A DNA stretch of 64,000 nucleotides, taken from IMG/VR virus record IMGVR_UViG_3300038405_000273. One strand, 5' to 3'. The first letter of the stretch is position 1. The number at the start of each line of letters is the position of its first letter. The notes under the pieces were generated by a model, which saw only the letters and a program-made list of their open reading frames with translations, searched no databases and was not told the origin of the DNA. A program made the translations under genes and the position numbers. This document shows positions 63,842 through 64,000 of this stretch, piece by piece. Source of the DNA: a virus.

Positions 63842-64000
63842 CTCCATTGGTGTCGTGCCTGATGGTCACGAAGAGCGGACGCGAGATGTTCGCTCGGGCT
63901 GCCATCGAGTCATTCCACCAGCAAACGTATCCGCACAAGCAGCTCGTGATCGTCGCCGACATGCCTGACGCGTTCAACGGGCTGCCATCGAACGTGAAGC
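63838..64000 (+). CDS. GT2 glycosyltransferase (partial, cut by window end)
   Basis: Read by hand: MTPLVSCLMVT...AIESFHQQTYPHKQLVIV; ATGA coupling. Confidence 0.8.
   Translation, partial: MTPLVSCLMVTKSGREMFARAAIESFHQQTYPHKQLVIVADMPDAFNGLPSNVK

Noticed and set aside
1-64000. tRNA, rRNA or tmRNA genes
   Set aside because: No cloverleaf or rRNA signature noticed and intergenic space is minimal; tRNAscan-SE/Infernal were not run

Overview
High-GC window that reads as part of a large dsDNA bacteriophage or prophage. No rRNA, tRNA, CRISPR array or host housekeeping operon was seen, and I could not recognise a terminase, portal or major capsid protein here. Layout: (1) 0.2-12.8 kb virion/envelope module with two collagen-like (Gly-X-Y) fibre genes, a run of small Arg-rich genes, membrane proteins and a zincin-like peptidase. 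(2) 13.6-32.7 kb nucleotide metabolism and replication: ThyX, dTMP kinase, primase, RecD/Dda-like helicase, MazG-like NTPase, UDG-PolA fusion, exonuclease, SSB-like protein, AAA_24 ATPase, PD-(D/E)XK nuclease, SNF2 helicase, DUF3987-like ATPase, a DnaA domain IV protein and two HNH endonucleases. (3) 33.5-37.5 kb multidomain glycosyl/methyltransferases. (4) 37.5-59 kb regulators, a HerA-like ATPase, a 25-bp inverted repeat at a strand switch, a second run of Arg-rich genes, AAA+/vWA genes and small early genes. (5) 59-64 kb second glycosylation locus, cut by the window end. Best candidates for new biology: a virus-encoded glycosylation system for Thr/Ser-rich collagen fibres, a dispersed family of basic proteins sharing a hydrophobic-x-Gly/poly-Arg motif, paralogous RHH genes with swapped partners, and a five-copy promoter motif. 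All family assignments come from motif recognition by eye, not database searches. Start codons were often re-picked from the ORF track.
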